Program-made: the position numbers and the translations under genes
Shown here: positions 35,914 to 48,396 of the stretch, piece by piece
Layout: each line of letters begins with the position of its first letter
How positions within the stretch are numbered: the stretch's first letter is position 1
Notes under the pieces: model-generated
What the model was told of the DNA's origin: nothing
Database searches by the model: none
Seen by the model: the letters and a program-made list of their open reading frames with translations, nothing else
DNA from: Schizochytrium sp. TIO01
Taxonomy: Eukaryota > Protista > Bigyra: Labyrinthulomycetes
Assembly (NCBI GenBank): GCA_004764695.1
Contig: SMSO01000004.1
Span: forward strand, 992,001 to 1,056,000
Direction: 5' to 3'
DNA: 64,000 nt

Positions 35914-36720
35914 TTATGTAAATGCTGGAGCTGATGCCCCGGCTTGTAGCAATGATTCAACACAGAGGTCGCGGGACTGTGAAGTATCACCAGGTCTCTT
36001 GGCTTTGTTCGAGCCTCGGCGCCGCGAAAAAGATGTACTGGATCTCTTTGATGATTTGGATAAGAAGCTAAAGCAACCGGAATTTGCATTGGGATCCTGG
36101 CAGTAAGATGCATTCTGGAGCGCTGCAAAAGTCATCGCCGATTTACCATCACGGGTGCAAACGTTGACGTCTGCTCCGGCATCAATCAACTGATTAAGAA
36201 TATCATATTGAAGGTATCGTGACGCCTCCATGACGGGTGTAAGGCCATCACGATCCTGGCTATCGACAGCAACTCCGGCTTGAAGAAGAACTGTGACAAT
36301 GTCTGGATGCTCATGACGGATTGCATACAATAATGCTCCACTACCTGTTTTGTCAACAGCTAAGGTGTTTGCACCATTGCTAATAAGATACTGCACGAGA
36401 TCTGTGTGTCCTGCTGCACATGCTTCAAGAAGTGCAGTGGATTTTGAGGTCGGATGGGTGTCTTCGAGGTAGTCGACGCCGCCATCGATAATCATCTCTG
36501 CAGCCAAAGGATCATATGTACATGCATAAATCAGACGCGGCATATTCCTTGGTAAGTTTTTCTCAAAATGAAAATTAGCACCATATCGGAGAAGTTGGGC
36601 ACCTGCTGCAACATCTCTTGTTGCACGTGCCAGATGCAGTGCTACATTGCGCTCATCTTGTGAAAGTTGGCTAGAGTCTTTAGCTAAACTATGAACCGAT
36701 GCTCCACGAATCATTTGCAT
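35914..36720 (-). CDS. Ankyrin-repeat protein; true start may be ATG 36795 with an in-frame UGA at codon 13 (see findings)
   Basis: Ankyrin repeats: TALLEACAAGHTDLVQYLISNGAN, GALLYAIRHEHPDIVTVLLQAGVAV, GLTPVMEASRYLQYDILNQLIDAGADVN, GKSAMTFAA...CVESLLQAGA, plus N-terminal ALHLA...QLLRYGAN. Confidence 0.88.
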   Translation of the reverse strand: MQMIRGASVHSLAKDSSQLSQDERNVALHLARATRDVAAGAQLLRYGANFHFEKNLPRNMPRLIYACTYDPLAAEMIIDGGVDYLEDTHPTSKSTALLEACAAGHTDLVQYLISNGANTLAVDKTGSGALLYAIRHEHPDIVTVLLQAGVAVDSQDRDGLTPVMEASRYLQYDILNQLIDAGADVNVCTRDGKSAMTFAALQNASYCQDPNANSGCFSFLSKSSKRSSTSFSRRRGSNKAKRPGDTSQSRDLCVESLLQAGASAPAFT

Positions 36721-39700
36721 CAACTCCTTTGTGACTTGTGCGGCTCCACAGCTGCTTCACGTGGACTTGGGTAGATCCTCTTTTCTATTCGACATTGGTT
36801 GAGCGAGGGTTGAATCCCTTGGAGGGCGACTTTCCAGCGTGTGAACTGGTCCTTTTTGAGTCCTTCGCCTCTTCTACCTCCAGCAACCTCTATTATGAAA
36901 AATGCTAAGACTAGAAACCTCGTGTACACACTAGTACCTACTACCACTATGCATAAACGCATCTGTGATTACGGTCCCAGCAAAATGAGCGCAAGATACC
37001 TAGATATGCGCCTTGTCCACAAAACACTACGCACTTACGATTCATAAGAAAAACGGGCAGTCTTTGGACAAGTCTTACTCACCTTCGAAGCAATAGAACA
37101 TACTAGAGGTGTACGGCACGAGAGATAGATAAGCGATGCAAATTATTCAGTGATTTGCACAGTAAATAAATTTAGTGGGATAGCATCTTTAGGGATTATC
37201 AGAAATTAGCCACTCTTTGGCAATATTCTGTCACGTTATCTGAAAAGATAATATGATCTAGTAAAGTGTTAGTCTCTTACTGCTTTACTTCAAAAGGGTT
37301 GTTGTTCTTCAATAGTAGCACCTATCAACACATAGCCTTTCCATTTGCATGTGGCTATTCAGCATGTACGAAAAGTCGATTGAACAAACAATTTCAAAAC
37401 CAGAAGAAAAGTTTACCAAAAATAGCTCATTAGCATTTCAATGCTTTACACATAAACGAGTTGTAGGCTGGCAGCGGTGCAAAAAACTGGTATCCCAACT
37501 CAACCCAAGCTATTCTGCTGAATGAAGAAGTCGAAAATATCAAGAGGACAAAAATAGCAATAAGGCGATGGCGTGATAAACATGATGATAATTTAACGGC
37601 ATATACGATTGCATGTCCCTTTTATAAACTATAAACATGATGTTAGTCTTTCTGTTTCTGTTTGATACGAGCACCTCTGTCGAATTTCAATAATTTTGAC
37701 AGTCATGGCGAAGCTTGGAATCATAGAATGTAATTTGCTTGATGCAAGCTGCGTGTTCCAAGACGCGGTTATCTTTCCTCTCGGTGACAGAGAGCTGAAA
37801 GGACATACGAGGGAGTTTGCAATGATTGCCTTTGAATTTAAAGGCTTCTAAACACAGCACGGCGAGTTCCGAATGTTAAACCCTACCTTTTTCGGTCCTT
37901 GCTGAAAGGTATGTATGATTTGCGAAGTGCGAGGCCGCTGACTTACGAGATTTTCGATGAAAATTGGGAGTTGCATACTTCTGAAATGCGATCAGCCAGA
38001 ACCGGAGCTGTAATCATTTTAGTGAAATATTAATGACTCGCATTTATGCAAACAGAGATAGTTTCACTACAGATTTCTAACCACTTGTTCAAGTGTTGAC
38101 CACAGCACAGCATTTGACCGGGCATTTGCGGAAGACTTCCAACCTCACGCTGCTGGTCTTTGTTGGATGCATATGGTTCTTTCTTTAAGAGCGTCTTTGA
38201 GCTCTGAGACTTCCATAGATTTACCAGGGCTTGTTATACTAGTAACACTAAGCCTGCCTGCCCGTTTAGTCCTTGGCCTCAGTACTCACATCAAAATTGC
38301 AAAAAATTTGCTTATACTTCTTGTCCCGTTTGCCTGGTGAGGGGAGATCCAAAGTTCGATGGTGATCTTGAACTGCGAAAATCCCAGAAACTTCGCACAA
38401 TATATACTTTCTACACTTTACGATTAATCAAGGCCCTCAATATTGACTTTTGTGCTCATTTGTTGGAAACTCATTTCACACATCACAGAAATAACCACTA
38501 AAGAGATTTGCATCTGATCTTAATTCGCGCTCCGCTGCACATCCCCTGAAACAGGAATACACAAGGCTAAGCAGAAACTGGGTTCAACTATAGACTATGG
38601 GCAATGTGGTCAGTAGTTTTGCCCCCCAGAACGCATCGAACGGCGAAAACATAATTCAGGATCTTCGTAGCAGTCCTTGCCCTAAAGCACCCAAGAAGAA
38701 ACCAAGAGTTGTTCTCATAGGTCTTCTCAATTCAAGACAAAAGCTGAAAAAGAGCTTCGAATCGTCTCTGTTCAGCAATAATCAGGTACTCCTAACTTTG
38801 TCAGTGCGAGCGTCTTTGTCTATCTTGAAAGTAAACAATGTCTTCCTCATGCCTCCATCAAATTGACAAGAATAGCCTTCATGATGAAATGCATTCATTT
38901 CGCAAGTTCATAACTTTGCTTTTCACCAAGGATCTTCCGTCAAGTGCTTCCTTCCGCAAATCCACACCAACTTCATCATGATACAGACAACCTTCTGCCG
39001 TGGATTACTGCACACAAACCCAGCTGCTTCAAGCCTCTCCACGAAGCGAGGAGTAGTTCCAAAGATATTCAACTTGATATCTCGAATCCTCCTACTCCGA
39101 GTCCTAGGTACCGCCTAGCTGGACTCTTAGCCATTGTTATCAGGTTACTAAGTACCTGACGAGTCCGCAAAACTCGGACTCCTGGTCAAAACAACCTACG
39201 AGCAATTCAAGAGCAAGCCGAATCCGCAAAGAGGCTTCAAGCTGGCACCACTCGCCGTAGCTACCTCGTTTCTTCACCACCTTCGGCAGGCTCGCCCGAG
39301 AGCTCCATCCTGGCGGCAGCCGTGGCGATCTTTCCCAATCGTTGTTTTTTTGCCCACCTCGAATGAATGAATCAATGCCCAATTTGAAAACATAAACGTT
39401 GAGCGTCCAACGCTCCCTTAGCACTCAATAGCACTCACTTAGCGCCTGGGTACTCGTAGCGCCGCCTATGCACCTCCTACTGACAAGCAAGCAGCTTTTG
39501 GAATCAATCAAGAGAGCCCCAATCCAATCTAATCCAATCCAATCCAATCCAATTCAATTCAATCCAATCCAATTCGCTCAAAGCAAGCAGCTTATCTGAG
39601 TTGAAGGTAGAAACCTCCAACGAGCGATCAGACGAGTGCCCCTGCGAAGCTTTCGGCCCTCACGCTGAGTCTTCGAGCAGGGTCTTTGCGTTGTTTTATG

Positions 39701-39881
39701 GCTAAATGGCGATTTCATTCATTCATTCATTCATTAATGGAAACTAACTAAATAACTCTCTACCATCTACAGAGGTACCTCCAACCTACCGCTGCCTAAG
39801 TACTGCCTAGGGGATAGAGGCTGCCTACTGCTAACTACGCCCATGCAGAGAACACACGAAGAATACCTTCTATAGCTACAC

Positions 39882-39907
39882 CTAGCTAGCTAGCTAGCTA
39901 GCTAGCT
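39882..39907. repeat. (CTAG)n self-complementary microsatellite
   Basis: Directly visible. Confidence 0.85.
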
Positions 39908-42900
39908 ACCAATGGGTATATAAAGAAGAAGGTGGATGATAAGGCTGTTAGAAAGGAAGTAAGTGCCTTGGGAGGTTAAAAAAAGGGGAGCCTTCGAATT
40001 ACCTGAATTTAAAAGAAAAATTTAATCAAATGGAAGCGCCGCCTTTTCTCCTTCTATGCCACGCCACTCGGAGAAACTAGGTTTCATAAAACCCCTCCAC
40101 TGCCAGTGGATGCAGTTTAAACTTAAAAAGTAATATACTTTAAGTTTATATATATTTAATTATTTAAAAAAAAAAAAAAAAAAAAAAGGAAAAGAGCTGA
40201 GGTGTTTTTCGAAATTAAAAGCATAAGAAGGTGAAAACTTCAATGAAATGAATAAGTACGATAAGTAGGTAGTAAGAAGTGCTGCTAATCATAAGTACAT
40301 GAGACGTGAAGGTTTTACCTAATGAAATTTTTTTTTGTTTTGTAAATAGTAGACACGATTCTTTGCATTTTTATAAGTGTGTTCGACAAAGAACAGGGAT
40401 ATCACTTGAATGACTCCTGCAGCACGATGTCAGTCAGAAGTCAGTCAGTTTATGACTTCCTTCTACAGCTTCTGTCTCCTTTACCGCCGCTTCTCCGCTC
40501 AAAGTTGTTGTAATCTTGATGAGCTTTCTTCCGCTTTTCCATTCTCTACCTTGTTCCACTCTCCTCACGAACACTTCCTTCCTTTCAAATGAAACAATAC
40601 TAATCTCTTTTTTGCATAGCACAGCGAAATTACCATTTCTTCATTGATTAAAAAATAATATAACAACTAACAAAATTAATCAAAGTGAATTTGCTAGTGA
40701 CCTCCTAGCTACACCTACGGTAATTTGGTAGTGGTGGTAGTATTAGCAGCGGCAGCAGTACTACTTGTAGTACAATTATGCACTTCGATGGAAACTAAAA
40801 AGAGCATCCGACGGGTCCAATTCCCTCCCTCCTGAGGCAACTGAGAGCCACTTCAGCCTTCGATAATCTTGCGTAAGGACGACCAGAAGAGCGCACACCT
40901 TTGAGACACTGAGCTTCAAAGACACAGGACACGGAAAAGATCGCATTCGAGTTAGTTTTCTGAGAGGGCATCCAAAAGGGAACAAGCGAAGTTGTCAAGG
41001 ACCCAGGGAAGCGAACAAGTTCAAGTTCAAGTTCAAGTTCAAGTTCATTCAGAGGCGATCTTGAAGATCTTGAAGATCTTCAAGGTCTTCCAGAGCTGCA
41101 AAGCTCCGCGCGAAAAGAAAGCGAAGGTTCCCGGCGAAGGGCGTGAGGGAAACTCGTAGCATCTTGAAATGCAGCAGAGAGAGGAGGGTAGCATGAGGTA
41201 ATCTTGGACCATGCCTGCAACGATTCTCGGCGCAATCGTCTTGAAACCAAGCCAAGTTAGTTAGCATCTATCAAAGGGCCAAGGTGGTACCTACAAGCTC
41301 GAGCTCGGTATCTTGAATTGTCCGCTTTCGCTGCCTTCGCTGCCTTTGTTCGTCAGTTCCCGCCAAGATACGTTAATTAATTTACTTGTCGCGCCGTCAG
41401 TTGTTTCGACAAGGGCTCGTTTCTCGATTTTGCCACGAAGATGAGGCGAGAGTTGAGAACTCGACTGACTGGGATCTGCCTGCTTGTCTGCCTGAGGCGC
41501 TTGCTATCGATATTGTGTGCTGCTCACGCAGGCTTTTTCTGCAAGGTTCCGAAACGCGACGATTTTTGCAGCGTGCTTTAAAAGAGACTGCAGTTTTAAA
41601 TCTTTTTGTCACAGGGCCAAACTTTGGAACGTTGGTACACCAATCGCCTGTCTCTATGCGTTTTAAACAAAAGCAAGCTTGCGTGGAGTGCTACGTACCT
41701 AGCCAGCAGGTACCTCGTCGTAGGTACCTCGTAGGTACCACCTACCTGGCAGCCCTGCTTCGATGACTCCGCCTTCGAGGACGAAGCTGGAGCGGTACTG
41801 AAGCGCGTGGAAAGCAGACAGAAGATACGTATTACGTATTAGGTGTGTGCCTCGTATTGCGAGCGATTGAGCAGATTTCGGGAGCACGAGCTTTTATAGA
41901 GGGTGACGTGTATTTCAGAAAACTATCATGGCTGCCTTCTCTACGCATTTGCAGATTCGGATACTATGCGGCCATGTCAAAGGTTTTTGTGCAATCTGCA
42001 AATTTGAGGAGACGGTTACTAGCAAAGTGGCTCAAGTAAAGGAAAGAACCTACAACCCCCCGGCTTTGATGGATTTCACGCAAATTTTAGATTAAAATGG
42101 TTTACAACAGTGCTACTCCGTATCCTATGATGAAGGTGAATGAGATTGATGATGCCGAGCTTGAATTCAGACTTCAGTGCTGACAATGCTCGCATGAAAA
42201 CACCACTCTAAAGTCTTCTTCCTTGTGCAATACTTGGACCGCCTTCAAGCAGGGGATCTGCTTGGGAGGTATCAATAACACAATTCCATGCGCAAACACT
42301 ATTTGTCCCAATAGAGAATCTGTGGCGTTGAATCGGGCAATTGCATAAACCTTGTTAAGAGCAGCAGGAACCCCTTGCTAGTAGTAGTCGTAGTCGTTGT
42401 CTTGGTTTGTTTTGGACTTCTTCGAATCCGATCCTCATTTATTTTGAGGAGTTCATTCATTTACTTTGGAGGCTGCAGCGATTGCCTCATATTTAGGATA
42501 CGAGTGAGTTGAGAATAAGGAAAATAGGTGACGGGACCAATTTTCATTAGGCCTGGAACGTTTTTCAAGACTGCTTGCTACACGTGCGCGAGCCCTCCAT
42601 ATCTGCATCATTCTAAAAAACGGCACCGACGCGGATAGAACGAGGGTCTCGTTTCCTCGACCTATAAGCCTCGAAGTGCGGGTTTTGTTGTGTTTTGTCC
42701 TCGCCTTCGCATGAGCTCGCTTGAAGTTTAACTCTTCAAGATGTCGTGAGAATGCACACGAATTAACCACTGACTGTTGAAAATCCGAGACGTTTAAAGA
42801 GGCGGCCGCTGCCACACACTTTGCCTGACCACATATAAATAAATGAAAGCAAGAGAACGAACTCAGAGTAGAGTGTTTTCCATTTCCACCGTCAGTTCAT

Positions 42901-44390
42901 TACCAATTCTAATCACTACTTGGGCACTTTGATGGCTCCAAAGACGCTGCTCGGGTGATCGATTTTTAGATTCAAGACCCGCGATCAACAGATAGACAGA
43001 CTCCTGTTGAAGTGCGATGCTTAGGTCAATGCGCTGCTTTAAATATAACCAGAATATAGCTATAATATAGCTGTAATATAGTTGGGAGAGGCGGCTTCTC
43101 TATAAAGCTCACATGAACTTTGAGCAACGCCATGCTGGCAGCAACTTAAAACCGAAAGGCGTTTTATTTGTAATCTCATCTTCTGTATCTTTACTGTTAT
43201 TTGTTTATTCATTCCATTCCTTACAAACTTGTAGTACTAAATCGTGTTTAAATAAAAAATAACATAAACAAAGTAAATAAAATGTGAGCTAGCACGGTTC
43301 AAAGGAAGTGGAAACCCCTTTCAAAGGTTCGAGAGAACGCTCAGATGATACTAAGCGGGTGGTAGTAGTAGTACAGGTTCTTCTAACACCGAAAATGTCT
43401 AGCGAGCAGGGCAAAAAGAAAAGAAAAATTACATCAAAGCCGCAGAGGTGAATGAGTGTGATAACGAATGAACGCCCTTGTCGTGACCAAACTAGTGTTT
43501 TCCTCAATAACATAACATAACATAACAGAACATAAAGTATTATCTTACATGGTTCTAAACATACTTACAGAAAGGTATAGTATTTAAAACTTAAAAAAAT
43601 GAAAAGATAATAGATAATGGACATTGGGATCGAGGTTAGCCCATCTACACGGAAGCAATTACTGGTATCTTCAACGCCCGAGGCTTTCACTCGATCTGGC
43701 TTCAGAAGGCGTTCGAGGATTCCGACCACAATCGACGGAGAGAGTAAAGAGCATCGTGATTTGAGTGATCATACTCTGCAACAGAGAGCTCAGGGTCAAC
43801 GCTCACAGAAATATTGCACGCGGCCTACTTCACTTCACTTTTTATCACGTCCGCCGACTTCCACCAGGTACTATTACTGCCCCTACCACTTTTGAAATTA
43901 AAAAAAAAACAAAAAAAATTATGAGAAAGCGAAAAAAAAACAAAAAAACAAGCAAAACAAAAACAAGCAAAAACTTCGGTAGGTCTAGTGGAAAGTCTAG
44001 TGGAAACTACATACATTAAACATAAAAAACTACAAAGAAAGAAAAAGAGTGAGTTAAGAGTAAAACCAAAGCCGAAAGAGTCATTGCTTAAAACCCACTT
44101 TAGCTGACTAAGAAAGAAAAACACGAGAATTGGAATTGCAAGAAAGCAAAACAGAGATGCACAAACACAGATTTTCTCACTTCAAGTAAAGGGACAGCAA
44201 CGAGCCAATCCGTACGTACACCAAATTGGCAGGCGCAAGCCGTTCCCAACCATCGACAAGCCGTCGATAATCGGTGTGCAGAGGCACATGGGTGACGGCT
44301 GGCTGGCCTGAGGCTTGGCTCCTTCGACCGCCTTGATTTGTTGCCAAGCTTTCTATCCAATCTTCGACAGATTTGCACATCCACTGCTCA

Positions 44391-44530
44391 TTCACTCATT
44401 CATTCATTCATTCAATTACACAATCATTCATTCCTTCATTCATTCAATTACAATCATTCATTCATTCATTTATTCCATTACAATCGTTCATTCAATTACA
44501 ATCACTCAATTACAATCAATCATTCATTCA
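44391..44530. repeat. Composite repeat: (TCAT)n runs interrupted by ATTACAATC-like units
   Basis: ATTACA(CA)ATC recurs 5 times, separated by variable TCAT-derived runs. Confidence 0.8.
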
Positions 44531-47500
44531 CGAAGCTCCAGTACCAAGGTACCTGCTGACTAGTGCGTGCCTAGGTACTACTACTGATACCTCCCTCCCT
44601 TCCCCCTCTAGCTAGAACTCTATGGAGCTGGGAAGCATCAAGCGATCTTTGCATTGTAAAGGGATCTTTGCATCGATTGTAAACAAAGGCTCCTCTATAG
44701 GTCCGTACGGCCGCTTTCCACCTTGCCAGAGCCGGCTCTGCGATGCTCGAGTCTGCCCTCTTCGCCACCTTTCGACGGAGGCAGCCCATTCGAGCAGTTC
44801 CTGCGACGAAGGTCTCTTCGCTCAACGAAGAAGAATCAAGTTTGCAGACACTGCGCCAAAGAGAGAGAGAAAGAACGCCCTTCTTTTCCGGCGTAGTGAA
44901 TGACAGAGACCTCAATCTCAAAGCTTTATCCATCGCCCTTTAAACAGTCGCTCATGAAAACGAAAACGTTACGGCTGCTTCGCTTTCACCCGCCACTCCT
45001 AGCCAGCCAGTAGCCAGCTCCTAGCGAGGAAAGCACAGCCTTTCCTGCTTCTCTATTATTTCATATAATGAAAAAAGATCTATAGATAGATAGCCTCACT
45101 CGCTCGTTCTGGATCCAGGGACCGCACTACTGCGTTTGATGATGCATTGTGGCCCTCCGCGCCGAGCTTCGAGAGCGTCGGCAGCTCAAGAGCTCGGCCT
45201 GTGGCCTCCTCTGGGGCCTGGGCCTGAGAGCCACCAAGGCGTGGCGTGGCTCGCCTCCATTTCGCAAAGCTCTCGCGCCGCCGCCAGAACTCGAGGCCTG
45301 GCTACGGTCATCTATTCGATACTATGTGACCTATTCGATACTATGGGAACTGGTTACCTTTTTTTTCTCTTCTCTCTTCTTAGAGGTCGTGCCGAGTTGA
45401 AATGTTTTAACCTCAACTACGTACGTACCTGTTTCTTACGCCCTACTACCTGACTGCTACGAGCTCTGCGATAGCTGTTTAGTGTTATTATAATTTGATT
45501 TTTATTTATAATTTGATTGATTGATTGATTGATTGATTTTTAAAAAGAAGTTTTAATTCAATTACTTCTATCAGTGATAAGAGGAGGGAGGGGAACAGTA
45601 ACGATAATATAATCAAAGGCTGTCGCTGTCTCTAATTCTCAGGTAGTAAGGCAGGCGAAAGATCTCCCACAGAGAGTATTTGCACGTCTTCTGCCCTTCT
45701 GCCGCAAAAAGGTTCACGATACACCCCTATAGAGAATCCCCCTGGTTCCCACCCGCCTTGGGAGAAGGCGATGATATGGGCATTTTCAGGACTTCGGAGA
45801 AGTTTGACCTCCAATGCTGCGCGACTAATGCTCCGTTCTCCATGTAATTGGTTGTTCCCTACCCTGCGGCTCTCTAGATTTTCTTGGGGAGAGCGGTGCA
45901 TACCCGGACCAGGAGGGAGTTATAGTATAAGTTGTTTTTTTCGTAACTTCGAAAGTCCTTGTGTCGGAGTATCTTCCTGAGATACGCCCTAATGTAAAAA
46001 GCTACCGCGTCTTTCCTTCCTCCCCCCTTTCGACTATTTCTGTTTATCTACAGTGTACTTTAACTTCAAGTTAGATTTTTATTTATTTAAAATAAGTTAT
46101 GCGGTGTTGTCGTAGTTTTAAAATTTTAATTATTTTAATTTTAGTTTCAAAATAAAGTAAACATTTTACCCCCAGAAAATGAATTAAACAATATAACATA
46201 TAAACTGTCTGCGAAGTAATAAGTAATATTTTTTCTTCTCCACAATTTCCAAACGTAGTTCATTAGTCGCAGATCGAAGAGTGCTATTGAGAGATGGGAC
46301 AAATGTTTCAAACCGGGAACTCCTCTGAAAACACTCCTATTACCACTAGGGCCTAGGTACTTCTTCCGAGTCCTCTTACTCCTTTAAGTCTTCCACTTTC
46401 TCGATTTCTTTTTCATACGCGTGCCACAATAATGAATGATTTTGTTGTTTCTGTTTTTGCATGAATGCGAGTGAGGAGAACCGTGCGACGATAATGCTTC
46501 GTGAAGTTGAACACGGCCTCCAAAAGAACGGGTGAGGCCATCTCGAACTTACTTCTCACGCGGAGGATGCTTTGCCAACATCGATTGCTTTGAACTCTCG
46601 ATAGAAGCTTTCTGTGAAGTCTGCAAGAGAAGAGAGAATTCGACTTTCTGTTCCTGCCAGCACTACGACTGTTTCATGGTGATCTGTGATACATCGCAGA
46701 TGTCAAAATCGAGCCATGATGTCAGTGATGTCTCGAAGAGCGTGCTACGAGAGCATGTGTGATGTAATACAGCAAAGGCTGCAGGCGCACGAGGTTCGGA
46801 GAAGCAGTGGCAGAACTAGAGCGAGTTCAAGCGAGAGTCCGCTAAGTTGAAGACGAAAATGCCTCATTGCGAAGCATCGCTGTGCGATCAGAACAAAAGG
46901 CAGACAATAAACGATTGCTTTCTTCGCTGATGTCAGCACTCACTCAACGCAGGTCATGACTAGCCTGCGCGTTTGCCTTATAAAAATTTAAAATAGAAGA
47001 TCAATAACCTAAAACAATAAAAAAGAGAATGCTAGAAGATGAAGCAATAAAGAATGCAGAACGCAGAAACAACTGGCCCTCCACAGAACTTTCAAGAGGA
47101 GCTAGTTGCCTCCGTGTAAGCAAAAGGCAAACGCTCTATAAACGCTCCCAGGGTGTGTAAAACCAAGACCGTGGGCAAACTAAAGCTCTTTCCATGAATG
47201 AATGAATTAATCAATGAATGTGAGATAAATCATAAACTGCATTCGTTTCTTGCTTACTGAGCAATTTCTGGACGAAATTGCGGAGTTCATAAGTTTTCTT
47301 TCTACTGCATTCATCATGATGATGTCGCGAGCTCTCGGAATTGAAAAAACCTCTAATCACTATCGCAATGATGGCAATTAGATTACGAGCAACTATAGAC
47401 GGTTTTAGTAGAAAGTAAGTAGTTACGATTCCAAGATTCTCGACTGTCTTCATGACAACGAACACGATGATGTGAATTCTTGACTTGTTTATGGGAACCA

Positions 47501-48336
47501 CGACTTGATTTGATTTAATGTGATTTAATGTGATTTAATTTGATTCAGGTGTCTACATTTAACTACGTAGTACTTGATGGGGAGGTGACGTACGCATTTA
47601 TTTTCATGTATTCTAGCAGAAAAGATTACAGTCCGAGTCAGTCAGGATTATTAAGTTGCACACCGTATTAACCTGGGATTTGCGAGGCTTCTTTGCGACG
47701 GCGAGCAAGCGGTTCTTGAGCTCAAGGTATACATGCTCGAACTATCACGGCCTTTGGCCACCGACTCTGAAAAGATGATGCAATTGATTTTCGAAAGCAT
47801 CCCATCACGAGTGCCCATTCGCCAGCCTGAGGAACACATGAACTCCGGCCACCAGGGTTGAGTTTGTTTTATGCTTATTCTTGGTTTTCATGTTTAATCA
47901 AAATTAACAAAACAACAAATCATGAATCAGCAACCTTGAAAAGACAAACACGAAACAAAATTGTTGCAGTACTTAATTACTAGTACTTGGCGGTAGCTAG
48001 CTAGCTATACCCACCTACTATATTATTACGAGCCAGTAACACGGTGTGTTTTCGCCGTTCGGCAATTTCCACCTTCAGAATGTCTTCGAGCCTCAACCTT
48101 TCTCAATCTTGTTCAACATTGCGCACTGCTGCTGCGGAGAAAGAAACCACGGCACGAAATCCTCGCTTTCTTCGCCGTGCTTAGGCGGCCTTTCCGTCGG
48201 GGTCCAGTTACCGACGGTTCACCAGCCGCGAGAATGTGCGCGTGGAAGGTATCCTCGAATGGCCACCGAGAGTCGTGAATGTTTGCAGAACAAAGGCACA
48301 AATGAGAGGGAAAGAGGCAAAGTCAAATTGCGCGAG

Positions 48337-48337
<1 letters not shown>

Positions 48338-48395
<58 letters not shown>
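48338..48395. repeat. (TTTC)n microsatellite
   Basis: Directly visible. Confidence 0.95.

Positions 48396-48396
<1 letters not shown>

Noticed and set aside
44391-44530. CRISPR-like repeat-spacer pattern
   Set aside because: The repeats are only ~9 nt, the spacers are TCAT microsatellite, there are no cas genes and the context is eukaryotic.
46550-46640. Minus-strand mini-exon (CTTCTTGCAG ... GTAAGT)
   Set aside because: Splice-like words alone are expected by chance, and no partner exons or coherent frame were found.
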